Assembly (NCBI GenBank): GCA_009914755.4
Contig: CP086569.2
Coordinates: forward strand, 4,288,001-4,352,000
Direction of reading: 5' to 3'
From: the human T2T-CHM13v2.0 reference genome, Homo sapiens
Length of the DNA: 64,000 bases
Shown here piece by piece: positions 39,796 to 55,290 of the stretch (position 1 is its first letter; the number at the start of each line of letters is the position of its first letter). Under the pieces are notes generated by a model that was not told where the DNA came from, made no database searches, and saw only the letters and a list, made by a program, of their open reading frames with translations. The position numbers were made by a program, and so were the translations under genes.

Positions 39796-42129
39796 AGAAA
39801 TAATAGACTTTAAGTTAAAAACTATCAGGCAAATGAAAGGTCACTACATACTAATATGAGGTTGAATTCATCAAGAAGATATAATAATAATATATATGCA
39901 TGGAAAAATATAAAATCTAAATATATAAAGCAAATATTAATAGATCTGAATAGAAAGATAGACTACAATACAAAAATAGAGGATTTCAATACTACCCTTT
40001 CAACAATAGACAGAGTAGAGAGAAAATCAAAAAGGAAATACTGGATTTGAACTACACTTTAAACCAAATGGACCTAACAAACATATATATAGCATTTCAT
40101 TCATCAGTAGCAGAATGTACAGTTTTTCAAGTGCATACAGAACACTTGCAGGGTAGATCATAAATAAAGCCACAAAAAATCTTTAAAACTTTAATAAGAT
40201 TGAGATCATATCAAGTATATTTCTGATCACAATGATTTAAAACTAGAAATTAATAATAAAAGGAATTTTAGAAAATTTACAAATATATGAAAAATACACA
40301 TGTATGTAAATAAACAATGGCTTAAAGAAGAAATTAAAAGGAAAGTTTAAAAATATTTTGAGGCAAGTGAAAATTAAAATACAACATACCAAAACACATC
40401 AAATGCATCAAAAGCAGCTCTATGAGGGAAGTTTAAAACAATAAACATTTATATCAAAAAAGAAGAAAGACAGCAAATACACAGCCTAGTGTTATTCTGT
40501 AAGAAACTAGAAAAAAAAAAAAAAACAACTAGCCCAAAGTTGGTAGAAGAAAGAAAATAGTAAAGATAAGAGCAGTAATAAACAAAATGGAGAATGTAAA
40601 AATAATAAGAAAGATGAGCAAAGCTGAATTGATTTTATGAAAAGATAAACAAAGTGGACAAACTTTTAGCTAGACTAGCTAAGAATAAAAGAGAGAAGTC
40701 TTAAACAAATACAATAAGAAATGAAAAAGAAAACATTACAAGCATTGCCACAGAAATACAAAGTATCATGAGACTACTATGAACAAATATACACCAACAC
40801 GTTGAGTAATGTAGAAGAAATGGATAAATTCCTATAAACATACAACCTACCAAGACTAAATCAACTTCATAGCAAGAAAACAATATGATTTTTATTTTTT
40901 ATGTGCAAAGGATGTAAATTGAATTGGCATTTCTCGAAAGAAGAATTGCAAATGGCCAAGAGATATTTGAGAAAAATGATCAGCATCACTAATTATTATG
41001 GAAGTGCAAATAAAAGTCACAATGTGTTACCACCTCACATCTGACAGAATGGCTATTATCCAAAAGACAAAAGACAACAAATGATGGCAATGATGCAAAG
41101 AAAAGGAAACCCTTGAAAACTGTTAGTAGGAATGTAAATTTGTATAGCCAATGTGGAAAACAGTATAAACATTTCTCAAAATGTTAAAAGTAGAACTAAC
41201 ATGATCCAGCAATTCATTGTCTAAGCAGATATCCAAGGAAATAGTAACACTTTCTCAAAGAGATCCATGTTTATTACATCATTATTCACAACAGTCAAGG
41301 TGTGGAATCAACCTAATAAACATAACATGGTGTATAAGCACAATGGAATACTGTTCAGCCTTTTGGAAGAAGAAAATCTTGTCATTTGTGAAAATATGTA
41401 TGAATCTGTCAAACATTATGTTAAGTGAAATAAGCCAGTCACAGAAAGAAAAAGATCATGTTATCTGACTTATATGTGGAATTTAAAATATCAAACTCTT
41501 AGAAACAGAGAGTAAAATGGTAGTTAGAAGAAGCTGTAGGGAGCGTTGAGGATTGGGGAGATGTTTGTCAAAGGACATAACATTTCAATTAGGAGAAATA
41601 AGTTTGAGACTGATTGTACATAATGGTGACTATAGTTAATAACAATATAACATATACTTGGAAATTGCTTAGAGAGTAGATTTTGTGCTGTCGCCTTCCT
41701 AAAATGATAGGTAGATGAGGTGTTTCCTCTGATACCTGGATTTTGCCTTTCCACAATGTATACGTATATCAAAACATTATTTTGTAAACCACAAATATAT
41801 ACAATTTTATTTTTCAACTAAAAGTAAACAAAAATATCCATTAAGAGTAAAGGCAAAATAAAGACATTCTTAAATGAGGGAAAACTAAGAGAATTTGTTG
41901 CCATTAGATCTGTTTAAAAGAAATTCTAGTGAAAGTCCTTCATGCAGAAAAAGAATAACAGAAGAAAAACAAAAATTTAAGAACGAGGAAATATAAACAA
42001 CATTGGTAAATATAATGTACTATTTTAGATCACTTGAGTTCTTTAAATTATGTTGGACAATTTAAAGAAAAAAGATATTATTTTACTGGTATGATTTTGA
42101 GCTTATCAATGTATGTAGATATGATAAAT

Positions 42130-43255
42130 ATGACAAAAATGAACATGAATTCTGCAAAAATTGAAGCAAGAATAAACATCAAATTTGTGGTGAAGTTTGA
42201 GTGAAAAAATGATGACATTCATGCTTTACAAAAAATTTATGGGGACAATGCCTCAAAGAAACCAGCAGTTTATGATGAATAACTCATTTTCAGAAGGGAT
42301 AAAAAAAGTTGAAGGTGAAGGCCTCAGCAGCAGACTATCCACATCAATTTCCAAAAAACAAATTCATCTTGTTCACACCCTATTTGGAGAGGACCCACAA
42401 TTAACAGGTGCAATAATAGCCAAAATCATGCACATAGCCATTAGTTCAGCTTACACAATTCTGGATGAAAAGTTGATGTTGAGCAAATTTGTCACTTGAT
42501 GGGTGCCAAAACCATTGCACCCAGGTCATCTGCAGATAAGAGCAGAGTTTTCATTGGAAATGTCAAACAATGGGATGAAGATGCTGAAACATGTATTCAA
42601 GGACTTGTAACAGGAGATAATACATGGCTTTACCAGTATGATCCCGAAGACGAAAGCAATGGCTATCAAGAGGTAGAAGTGTTTCAGTCAAAGCAAAAGT
42701 GGACAGATCGAGAAAAGGTAATGGCAACAGATTTTTCAGATGGTCAAGGCATTTTGCTTGTTAACTTTCTGGAGGGTCAAAGAATGATAACATTCGCTTA
42801 TTATGAGAGTGATTTGAGAAAGGTAGCCAAATGTTTAGGAGAAAACCACTGGGGAAAGCTTTACCAGAGAGTTCTCTGTCACAATTCCCATGCTTATTCT
42901 CATCAAATAAGGAATCCTTTACGAGAGTTTCAATGGAAAATTATTAGGCATCCATCATACAGTCTTGATTTGGCACCATCTGACTTATTTTTGTTTCCTA
43001 ATCTTAAAAAACTGTAAAGGGCACACATTTTCTCAGTTAATTATGTAAAGAAAAGCTGCATTGACATGGCTAAATTCCCAGGACCTTTAAGGCAGAATGA
43101 ATCGACCCAAATCATTGTTTACAAAACTGTTTGGAACTTGATGAAGCTTATATTGAGAAATAAAATTTATACTCTATATTTTTATTTTAAAATATCATTT
43201 TCCATGATCTTTTTGAAGTCCCCTTTTGTGCATTTATACATGTATAAATAAATAT
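42130..43255 (+). mobile_element. Hsmar2-like mariner (Tc1/mariner) DNA transposon copy, degraded; 5' TIR not identifiable
   Basis: Plus-strand ORFs 42197-42499 and 42496-43017 translate to mariner transposase. The HTH region reads '...QIHLVHTLFGEDPQLTGAIIAKIMHIAISSAYTILDEKLMLSKFVT.WVPK'. The catalytic region reads 'LVTGDNTWLYQYDPE', 'KVMATDFSDGQGILLVNFLEG', 'LCHNSHAYSHQ' and 'IRHPSYSLDLAPSDLFLFPNLKKL'. Compare Hsmar2 'IVTGDETWVHHYDPE...KVMATVFWD..GVLLVDFL...LLHDNARPH...LDHPPYSPDLAPSDYHLFPHLK'. The element sits in the ORF1-ORF2 spacer of the L1M. Confidence 0.75.
42155..43150 (+). pseudogene. mariner transposase pseudogene (frameshifted, internal stops, DDD motif degraded)
   Basis: Reconstructing the similarity requires at least three frames. 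The canonical 'HDNARPH' is replaced by 'CHNSHAYSH'. The C-terminal '...NHCLQNCLEL' is only detectable after a frameshift. Confidence 0.7.
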
Positions 43256-44500
43256 ATGTATATTTGAAGCCTGGAGCAACTGCTAAAGAAAATATGCAAA
43301 TAAATAGAGTTGCAAAGCCAGTATAAAAATAATACAAATAATCTAAAGATGGAGATACAGAATATGCAAAAATAAAACAAATGATGAAATAATAGGCCTA
43401 AGTACAAACATATAAGTAATTACCTAAAATGTAAATGACCTAAGCACACCATTTAAAAGACAAAGATTGTGAGGATTAAAAAACAAAACAAGACTAACGA
43501 TGTGCTGCCTGCAAGAAACCCACATAAACTACAGTTATTAAAAGGATGAAAAGTGGTATGTCATGCAAACACTAATTAAAAGCAACAACCTTGGGATGAG
43601 GTATGTTATATAAAAATAAAATTATTTACTCATCAAGGAGGCATATCAGTCCTAAATACACTTTCACCTAACAAGAGAACATCAGAATCCATGAAATAAA
43701 AGCAAACAAAATTAAAGGAAAACTAGACACATCCACAATTATACTTAGAAATTTTAACAACCACTTCTTAGTTATCAGTAATAACAGCAGATAGAAAATC
43801 AGCAAGAGTATAGAATACCTCAACAACACTATCAGTCAACATAACATAATTGATATTATAGAGCAGACTACTTAACAACAGAAAATCCTCTTTACAAGTG
43901 CACATAGAACATATGCAAAGATGTATCATATTCTGAGTCACATAACAAAACTTATAAATTTTATAATAATTAAAGTCACAAATAGTATGTTCCCTGAACA
44001 CAGTGGAGTTAAGTCAGAGATTTAGAAAGTTATTTGGAAAATACCCACATATTTGTAAATTAAAAACAATTGCACTTCTAAATTAAATAACACATTGATC
44101 AAAAAGGAAGTATTTTAATGAGTACAGGATTTTATTTTGGAATGATGTCAATGCTTTGAAACAAAATAAAGTAAGTAATTACACACCATTGGAGTATTAC
44201 TAAATGTAATTGATTTTGGCACTTTAAAATTGTTAATGGGTTTTTACTTCAATTTTTTAAAGTTTAATTTTAAAGGAAGTGAAAATATTAGAAGCCATTT
44301 TTAATAAATTAAAATAAAAATTAAATTACAATTATTTGACAATATTAGAAAATAATAAAGTTCTCAAATCAATAATTTAAAATTTATGTCTTAACAAACT
44401 AGAAAAGAGAGAATAAACTGATCCAAACTAAGAAGAAGAAAGAATATAATATAGGTAAAAGTAGAATTCAATCCAAAAGTTATTTCTTTAAAAAGATCCA

Positions 44501-44795
44501 GGCCGGGTGCGGTGGCTCACACCTGTAATCCCAACACTTTGGGAGGCTGAGAAGGGTGGATCACGAGGTTAGGAGATTGAGACCTTCCTGGCCAACATGG
44601 TGAAACCCCGTCTCTACTAAAAATACAAAAATTAGCTGGGTGTGGTGGCACGTGCCTGTATTCCCAGCTACTCGGGAGGCTGAGGCAGGAGAATCGCTTG
44701 AACCTGGGAGGCAGAGATCACACTAAGCTGAGATAGTGCCACTGCACTTCAGCCTGGAGACAGAGTGAGACTCCATCTAAAAAAAAAAAAAAAAT
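44501..44795 (+). repeat. Alu, full length, sense
   Basis: The body reads 'ggccgggtgcggtggctcacacctgtaatcccaacactttgggaggctgagaagggtggatcacgaggttaggagattgagacc...' with an (A)16 tail. Confidence 0.9.
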
Positions 44796-44882
44796 CCATA
44801 AAATAGAAAATATTAAGACTAACCAAGAAAAAAATATACTGTAAGAAACTAGGCCCTGTATTAATAAATATAAATATAGACG

Positions 44883-44930
44883 CACACACACACACACACA
44901 CATATATATTTATATATATATTAGTTAAGT
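44883..44930. repeat. (CA)n/(TA)n compound microsatellite
   Basis: The run 'cgcacacacacacacacacacatatatatttatatatatat' is visible in the sequence. Confidence 0.9.
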
Positions 44931-44934
44931 GTGG

Positions 44935-45095
44935 TAATTGACACCTATAGTCTCATCTACTTGGAAGGCTTGGGCAGGAGAATCACTTGAGCCTAGGAGT
45001 TCAAGATGCAGTGAGCTATGACTGCACTCCTGCACGCCAGGGTGGGTTACAAAGAAAGACCTCATATCTAAAAAAAAAAAAAAAAAGAAAAAGAA
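44935..45095 (+). repeat. Alu right-arm fragment with A-rich/(GAAA)n tail
   Basis: Contains 'gcctatagtctcatctacttggaaggcttgggcaggagaatcacttgagcctaggagttcaagatgcagtgagctatgactgcactcctgc...aaaaaaaaaaaaaaaaagaaaaagaaagaaagaaagaa'. Confidence 0.6.
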
Positions 45096-46904
45096 AGAAA
45101 GAAAGAATGAAAGAGGGAATATCACAACAGGCAACAGACCTTACATACATAAAAAGAATAAGAAATTATATGAAAAACTTGTAAACAAATTTTAAAACTT
45201 TTATGAAAAGGAGACTTTTCTTGAAATGCACAAACCATCAAAGCTCATGCAAGGAGAAGTAGATAAATCTGATAGTTGTGAAACTATTTTAAAAGTTAAA
45301 TTTATATTTAGAAACCTTCCAGAACATTTAACTGCAGACCCAGATGGCTTCACTGACAAATTTTACCCACTCTTTAAGGAAGAAATAGCATGTATTCTGC
45401 ATAGTTTCTTTCAGCAAACAAGAGAGGGAACCCTTTCCAACTCATTTAAGAGAAAAAAAAGATACCATTTTTGCATATCCAGATTAAAAAATTACAATTT
45501 AAATAATACAAATGAATAAACCTCATAAACATAGGTGCAAAAATCTTCAAAAAATAGGAAATCAAATTTAGCAAAATATAAAGAAAATGACACACCAAGT
45601 CAAAGTGGGATTTATCTTAGGAATATAAGTCTAGTTCAATATTTGAGAATAAATCAATGCAATACACAATATCAACAAACTAAATATAAAAATTATATAA
45701 TTATGTCAAATGATGTAGAAAAGGACATTTTAAAAAATTCAACATCTATTCATGCTAAAAATGCCACAAGCCAGGAATACAAGAATACTTATTTAACGTC
45801 ATTAAGGGCATTTACAAAAATTGTGCGTCATACTTTATGTGGGAGGCTGAATGTTTTCTTGCTAAGATTCAGAACAAGGCAAAGTACTCCACTCCCATAA
45901 TTTCTATTCAACCGAGTCCTGGAAGCCCTAGGCAGTGCAATAAAACACAAAAGAGAAGTGAAAGGCTTACATCTTGGAAAAAAAGAAGTAAAATTGTTCC
46001 TAATCAGCTCCTAAAACTAACAGGTGCATTTAGAAAGAACACAAAATACAAGCTGAATGCGTAAAAATCAATCTTATTTCTATGTAATAGAAACAAAAAT
46101 TAGATATCCTAATCTAAAACACAGTATCATTTATGATTATGCCATGAAGTACTTTGGTATAAATATAAAAAAAGTGATTAATCTGTATTTATAAAACCAT
46201 GAAATAAGTCAACTAGTACCTAAATAAATAGATCTATATTCATGGAAGAAATACTCAATATAGTTAAGGTGTTGAATCCTCCGAAATTGATCTATAAATT
46301 TACTAAAATCTCACAATTCTAGTGAAAGTTATTTTTAGATATAGAGAAACTGAATTTAAAACTTCAATGGATAGGCAAAGGAACTAGAATAGAATTGGAA
46401 AGAAAAGCAAATTGGAAAAACTAGTAAAAAGTTGGAAGACTCATAGTACCTGATTTAAGACATACCATTAAGCTACAGTAATCAAGATTGTGTTGTTTTG
46501 TAAAAAGATAGAAATGTGGATCAATAAGACAGGACAGAGAGTCAAGTAATAGGCCCACAAAAATATACTCGATTGGGTTTGACAAAGATGCAAAGGCAGC
46601 TTGATAAAACAAGAGAATTATTTGAAAACAATTTCTAGAATAATTGGACATCCATATGAAGAATATATTTAGACACATACCTTATACCTCATAAAAAGTA
46701 TCTAAAAATTGATTGCAGACTTAAAATCATAAAACTGTAAAAGTCATAGGATAAAACATAGAGAATATATTCTTATACTTGAGATAGAAAAATAGTTCTT
46801 AGATGTGACATAAACAAATACAATTTATAAAACTAAACAATGGATGATTTGGACCTCATCAAAATGTAAAAGTTTTTCTCTGCAAAAGACATTGTTAAGA
46901 GAAT

Positions 46905-49925
<3,021 letters not shown>

Positions 49926-51744
49926 GTACCGAATTTAAAAAAAATGGAAAATCACATAGCCTTCAAAAACCTTTTCAGAATATTTTCAAAACTCTCAATT
50001 CTCAGCAATAACAAAACTAGTGAGTCAATTTAAACATGGGCAAAATATATGAGCAGACGCTTAACCAAAAATAAATACACATGGCAAATAAATGCATAAA
50101 AAGATATACAATGGCATTAGATTAAAAACATAATGAGATACCACTACATACCTATTAGAATTGGTGAAATTTACAAAAATAATTAACAATCACCAGTGCT
50201 AACAAACATGCAAAGTTACAGGAATGTTTATACATTGGTGGGCAGAATATAAAAGGATACAGTTCCTCTGATAAACAATTTCAAAATTTCATATATATTT
50301 GAAGATACACTTAGTGTATAACCAAGCAATCCCACTTCTAGGTCTCTACCATAGAAAATGAAAACTTACATCTATACAAATGTTTGTACATGAATGTTTG
50401 TAGCAGAATTTTTATAATTGCCCCAAATTTAAAACAATTTAAATACTGTGTACATAAACGTATATAACGATTTTATTCATAACTTCCAAAAACTGAAAAT
50501 AAGTAAGAAATCCTTCAACAATTTAATTCATGGACAAATTATGGTACATCCATGCAATGGAATACTATGTAGTCACAAAAAGAATTAACTCTTAATACAT
50601 TCCATGACATGGATAAATTATGCACTACCATGAATAAAAGAAGCTTCTTTCAAAATATTACATACGATTTCATTTCTTTACCATTCTGGAAAATATTTAA
50701 AAAATATACATAGGAATGGAAAACAGAGTAGGGCTTATCAGATATTAGGGACAGAGGAAGGGTTTGACCTCAGAGGGATAGCATAAGCAGATTTTTTAGG
50801 GTGAATGAAATTATTCTGTGTCATTTTTGTCATTTGTCATTACACATATGCATGCAAGTACCAAAACTCATATAACTTTACATTGAAATTATACAATGTA
50901 TTGCATATAAATGTTTGAAAAAATTTAAAAAACTAAGTGCAAAAGAAGCCACTGTGTATTGTATTCATCCTATTGATTTTGGCTGTCTAGGCAATTTGGG
51001 CAAATCATTCTGTGAACACCTAAAAATCTTAGACAGAATATAAAAACTATCACTTAAAATAATTGGGGGAGGATAGAACAAGGCAGTGAGAAATTACAGT
51101 GCAAAGATGTGAAAGCAGAAAAAAATCAGAAAAGTGAAACAAGTTTTGGAGCCTATTTTTTCCCCTAAGAGAAATTGCTGAGTCTTAAGAGGCTGTGAAG
51201 AAGCTGGAAAGCTGACCCATACTTCTAAAAATTTCACATTGATTTGGATTGGGATGCAAAAGAGCTAAACTGTAGGAGAAGAGTGAATAGAAATTTGATT
51301 AGATATTTATGTGACTAAAGCTTATCTGTGACTCTTTTTTTATCCTTTTAATTATATTAGTCTGGTTTGCTAGTGTCCCTAGCCTCTTCCAATCAATTCT
51401 AATCAGTCATATGAAAACAGAAGATGACATGACAAAACATTAAGTGAAATAACAATTAATAGAAACAGTCACAGAGGGCATCCAACTAACAGAATTATGA
51501 GAGAGAAACTTTAATATAATTTTGTTCAATATGCTCAAGGAAACTAAAAACAAATTTTAAATTTTAGCAAAGAACCAGAAAATATACAAATAAAAATAGT
51601 AAAACTAAAAATAATTAAAAAGGTAAAAAGCTCAGTTGATTTGTTTTGAAAACAGATAAAGCTGAAAGAGTATACCTACCAGTTTAGAATCTAAATCCAT
51701 ATATTATAACCTACAAGAATATCTTTAAAAAAGGATAATTGTAT

Positions 51745-52015
51745 ATTTTCACTTATAAGTGTGAGCTAAATATTGGGTACACACAGACATAAAATGAGAA
51801 AAATAGACACTGGGGGCAACTAGTGTGGGGAAAGAGGATGGGGGAAGAGTTGAAAAACTACCTACTAGGTATTATGTTTACTACCGGGGTGACAGGATCA
51901 ATTGTATCCCAAACCTCAACATCACCAAATACACTGATGTAACAAACCTGCACATGTACCCCAAATTTAAAATAAAATATGAAAAAATGCAAAGTAGGTT
52001 GCATATTAAAATAAA
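51745..52015 (+). mobile_element. short 5'-truncated L1 3'-terminal fragment
   Basis: Contains 'ttcacttataagtgtgagctaaatattgggtacacacagacataaaatgag...ggatcaattgtatcccaaacctcaacatcaccaaatacactgatgtaacaaacctgcacatgtaccccaaatttaaaataaaat', typical of L1P ORF2 end and 3'UTR. Confidence 0.6.
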
Positions 52016-55000
52016 TAAAGAGTAACTAATAAATTTTATAAATTACAAACAGAAAATTCTTCATCCACAGATATGAATGAGAGGAAATGATAAAATATGT
52101 TTATGTTCATCAGGTAGAAGAAACATTATAATATGGTTTGGATCTGTGATTCTTATTCAGAATAAGAGAAAAATATCATTAGCATTAACCTTTAAAAATC
52201 AAGTTTGAGTGTTAGTATTTTTAGAGTAAACACTATAATACGAGGAAAAAGTGTTTAACTATCAAGCTTTTAGAAGAAGAGTGGGATGATAGCAAAAAAC
52301 ATCATTCCAAAGGCAATAAATAAGAAGCAAATGAACATAAGTCATGCAGTTAAAATTAAAAGCAAAGAGTAAAATGTTATATTTAAGTACCAATACAGGA
52401 GGTCCCTCTTACCTGTGGTTATCCACTGTCAACTGCAATCCAAATATGTTAAATAGGAAATTCCAGAAATAAAGATTTCATATGTTTTAAACTGTGTACC
52501 ATTCTGAGTAACATGATGAAATTTTATGCCATCTCACTCTATCCCATCTGGGACCTGAATCATCCCTTTTTCTGGTATATCTACGGTTTAAGCTGTTTGT
52601 TACTTTGTAGACATCACCATTATCCAATTGAATATGGCAGTAATGCCATGCTTGTGTTTCCTTGAACAAAGCATATGGACCCTAAGAATAAGAGTAGTGA
52701 TGCTGGTTGTTTGGATATGACAAGGAGAAGCCATACAGTGCTTCCTTTAATGGAAAGATGAACATTCTCAAGTTAGTAAGAAAAAGAAAAGAAATCCTAT
52801 GCTAAGTTTACTAAGATTTACATAAGGATAAATCTTCCATTTGTGTAATAGTAAAGATGAAAAAAGAAATTTATGCTAGTTCTTCTATTGCACCTCAAAC
52901 TGGAAATATTACAACTACAGCACAATAGTTTATTTTGTGTTTAAATATTAAGCATGTAATATCATTTTAAAAACATAGAAATCATACAGCATATGCTCTT
53001 TGATCACAGTACAATTAAACTAGAAATCAGTAACAAAATGATTGTGAATAAAAGCCCATATTTTTATATTACAAAAATAGTCTACTAAATAGCTCATTGA
53101 TCAAAGAAGAAATGACATAAAATTTTAAATATTTTAAACTGAATTTACTGAAAATACTAAGTACAGAAGTTGTAGAAGGCAGCAAAGTTCATACATAGAA
53201 GATAATTTGTAGTATTAACAGATATTATAATAAAAAGACTGAAATCAATGAGATAATACATTTCAAATAATAGACAAAAACAGCAACTTAAACCTAAGAA
53301 AGTAGAAGGGAGGAATCATAAAGGTAATAATGGAAACTATTGCAATATAAAACAAGCACATAGAGATCATCCAACCCAAATTTTCCTTTTTTGAAAAGAT
53401 TAAAGTTGATAAATTTCTCAACAAAGACAGAAAATATTTAATCAAGAGTGTCAGAAAAAAAGGTACATCATTAGAGATTCAACAGATATTTAAATATAAG
53501 AGAATATTATGAGAAATCTTCATGTTAATAAATTTGTAAATTACTTAAAAAATGAGAAATTCATAGAGAAAGGCAGTTTATCAAATGTGACTTAACAAAA
53601 AGAAACTTGAATATTTCTATATTTAATGAAGAAATTAAATATGTAAGTAAAATGCTTTCTACAAAAAAATTCTAGCTTCAGGTTGTTTGACCAGTGAATT
53701 CCATTAAGTATAAGAAGAGGGCATCAGATAAATATTACATAAAATTTTCCAGAAAACAGAAAAAAATAAAATATTTTCCAAATAGTTTTAGGAGGTCAGC
53801 ATATTATTTTGTCCAGAGCATCACAAAGCCATTATCATTGAACTAAAATACAGACAATACTCTCTCATACACATAAATGAAAAGAAGCCCTAAACAAATT
53901 GTTTGCATATGGATCAATCAATATGAAACCTATTGCAATATTGGTAAAAATCTAGAAATTGCATGGCTGGCCTAATCTTTGTAATGTAATGTAACAAATC
54001 ATTTAAAAATTAATAGGGAAAATTAAGCAGTAATCTCAATAGATGTAAAAAATATGTGATAGCATTAAACATCAATTCATAAAAAATGCTTAGTGAACTA
54101 AGATGAAAAGGGAACTTTGTTAATGTAAGTGATGTTTACAAAAATTCTACAGCAACACCTCACAAAATGTTGATCTATTGTAAGCTTTCCGCTGACATTG
54201 AACAAGAATCACTCCTACTACTTTACATCAATATTTTACTAGAGATCCTAGCCAGTGTAACAAGACTAAACAAAAAAATGAAAGTTAGGAACATTGTATC
54301 ACAGTAACAAATCTATAAATGTTAAAATATATCATGATTGAATATGGGGAAAAAAGAATCTTCAGGTAAATTATGAAAAATAATGTGAGTACCAAAGTTG
54401 CTGAATATATCTATCTATGCATTATTTCTATATATTAGTGGAAAGCATTTAGAAAAATGGATAAAGGATACTATTTCCAATAGAAATAAAAGCCATGAAA
54501 TATCTAGAAATTACTAAAAGGGGTGTAATACTTTCACATTAAAAACTACAAAACATTTGAAAGGGATTTAAGAGCATATAAATAATGAATAGATGTATCA
54601 TGTTCATTATTTGTAAATGAGACAGTTAGGAGTATCAGCTCTTTGGAAGTTAAGAAATAAGCTGGAGGAATTACCCAACAGATATGAAGACTTATGATAA
54701 ACGTACATAAATTAATATAAATACACCAGTTAAGAGAATAGAGTCCTGTATAGTGTGATAGGAATGCCATAGAAAAAGACAAGCTGTGTGGCTTCAACAA
54801 TGGACATTTATTTTCTCACAGTTCGGGGGGCTGGAAGTCCAAGATCAAGATGTCAGCAATTTTTTGTGTTTTTTTTTCCCTGAGGCCTCTCTGGATTGCA
54901 GATGGCATTTTGCTGTGTTCTCACATGGCATTTTCTCTGTGTGTGTGCACTGCTGATGTGTCTCCCACTTTTTATAAGGACACGGATACTTTATAATATC

Positions 55001-55290
55001 CTAAATGTCTATCATCAGGTGAATGGATAAATAAATTATAATATATCATAACAAGAACAATACTTAGCAATAAATGAAGAAATAAACTACTGATACATGC
55101 AAGAACACGGATGAATTTTACAGCTGTAGTAATGAAAGAAACAAGCCAGACACCAAACAGTGCATACTGCATGATTCTGACACGAGAGTGCTGGGAAGGG
55201 AAGAGCATAGTCCCTTTAAATGACACAGAAGGTGGGAAGGGAAGTGCCAGGTAGAGAAAGGCAGGTCACTGCCTAGGGCTCCAGCCCCAC

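Larger units (their letters stand above)
35480..41820 (+). mobile_element. Ancient L1M-type element (ORF1 3' half to 3' end, with deletions), interrupted at 36337-39795 by a younger L1+THE1 composite
   Basis: Plus-strand translation at 35900-36330 matches L1M ORF1 and the ORF2 start (...SVAILISDKI). ORF2 resumes at 39800 (...KGHYILI..EDFNTTLSTIDR...). The 3' end carries L1MA/MB-like motifs ('NIMLSEISQSQKEKDHVI', 'ggtgactatagttaataacaatataacatatacttggaaattgcttagagagtagatttt'), ending ~41820. Confidence 0.6.

Noticed and set aside
42496-43017. 173-aa ORF that could be mistaken for an intact gene
   Set aside because: It is a genuine mariner transposase fragment, but the element is frameshifted and catalytically degenerate (no intact DDD/HDNARPH). 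It is annotated as a pseudogene inside a transposon relic and is not a functional CDS.
52380-52680. Possible DNA-transposon-like fragment ('ccctcttacctgtggttatccactgtcaactgcaatccaaatatg...')
   Set aside because: I could not find terminal inverted repeats, a TSD or a family match from memory. It is left unannotated rather than guessed.
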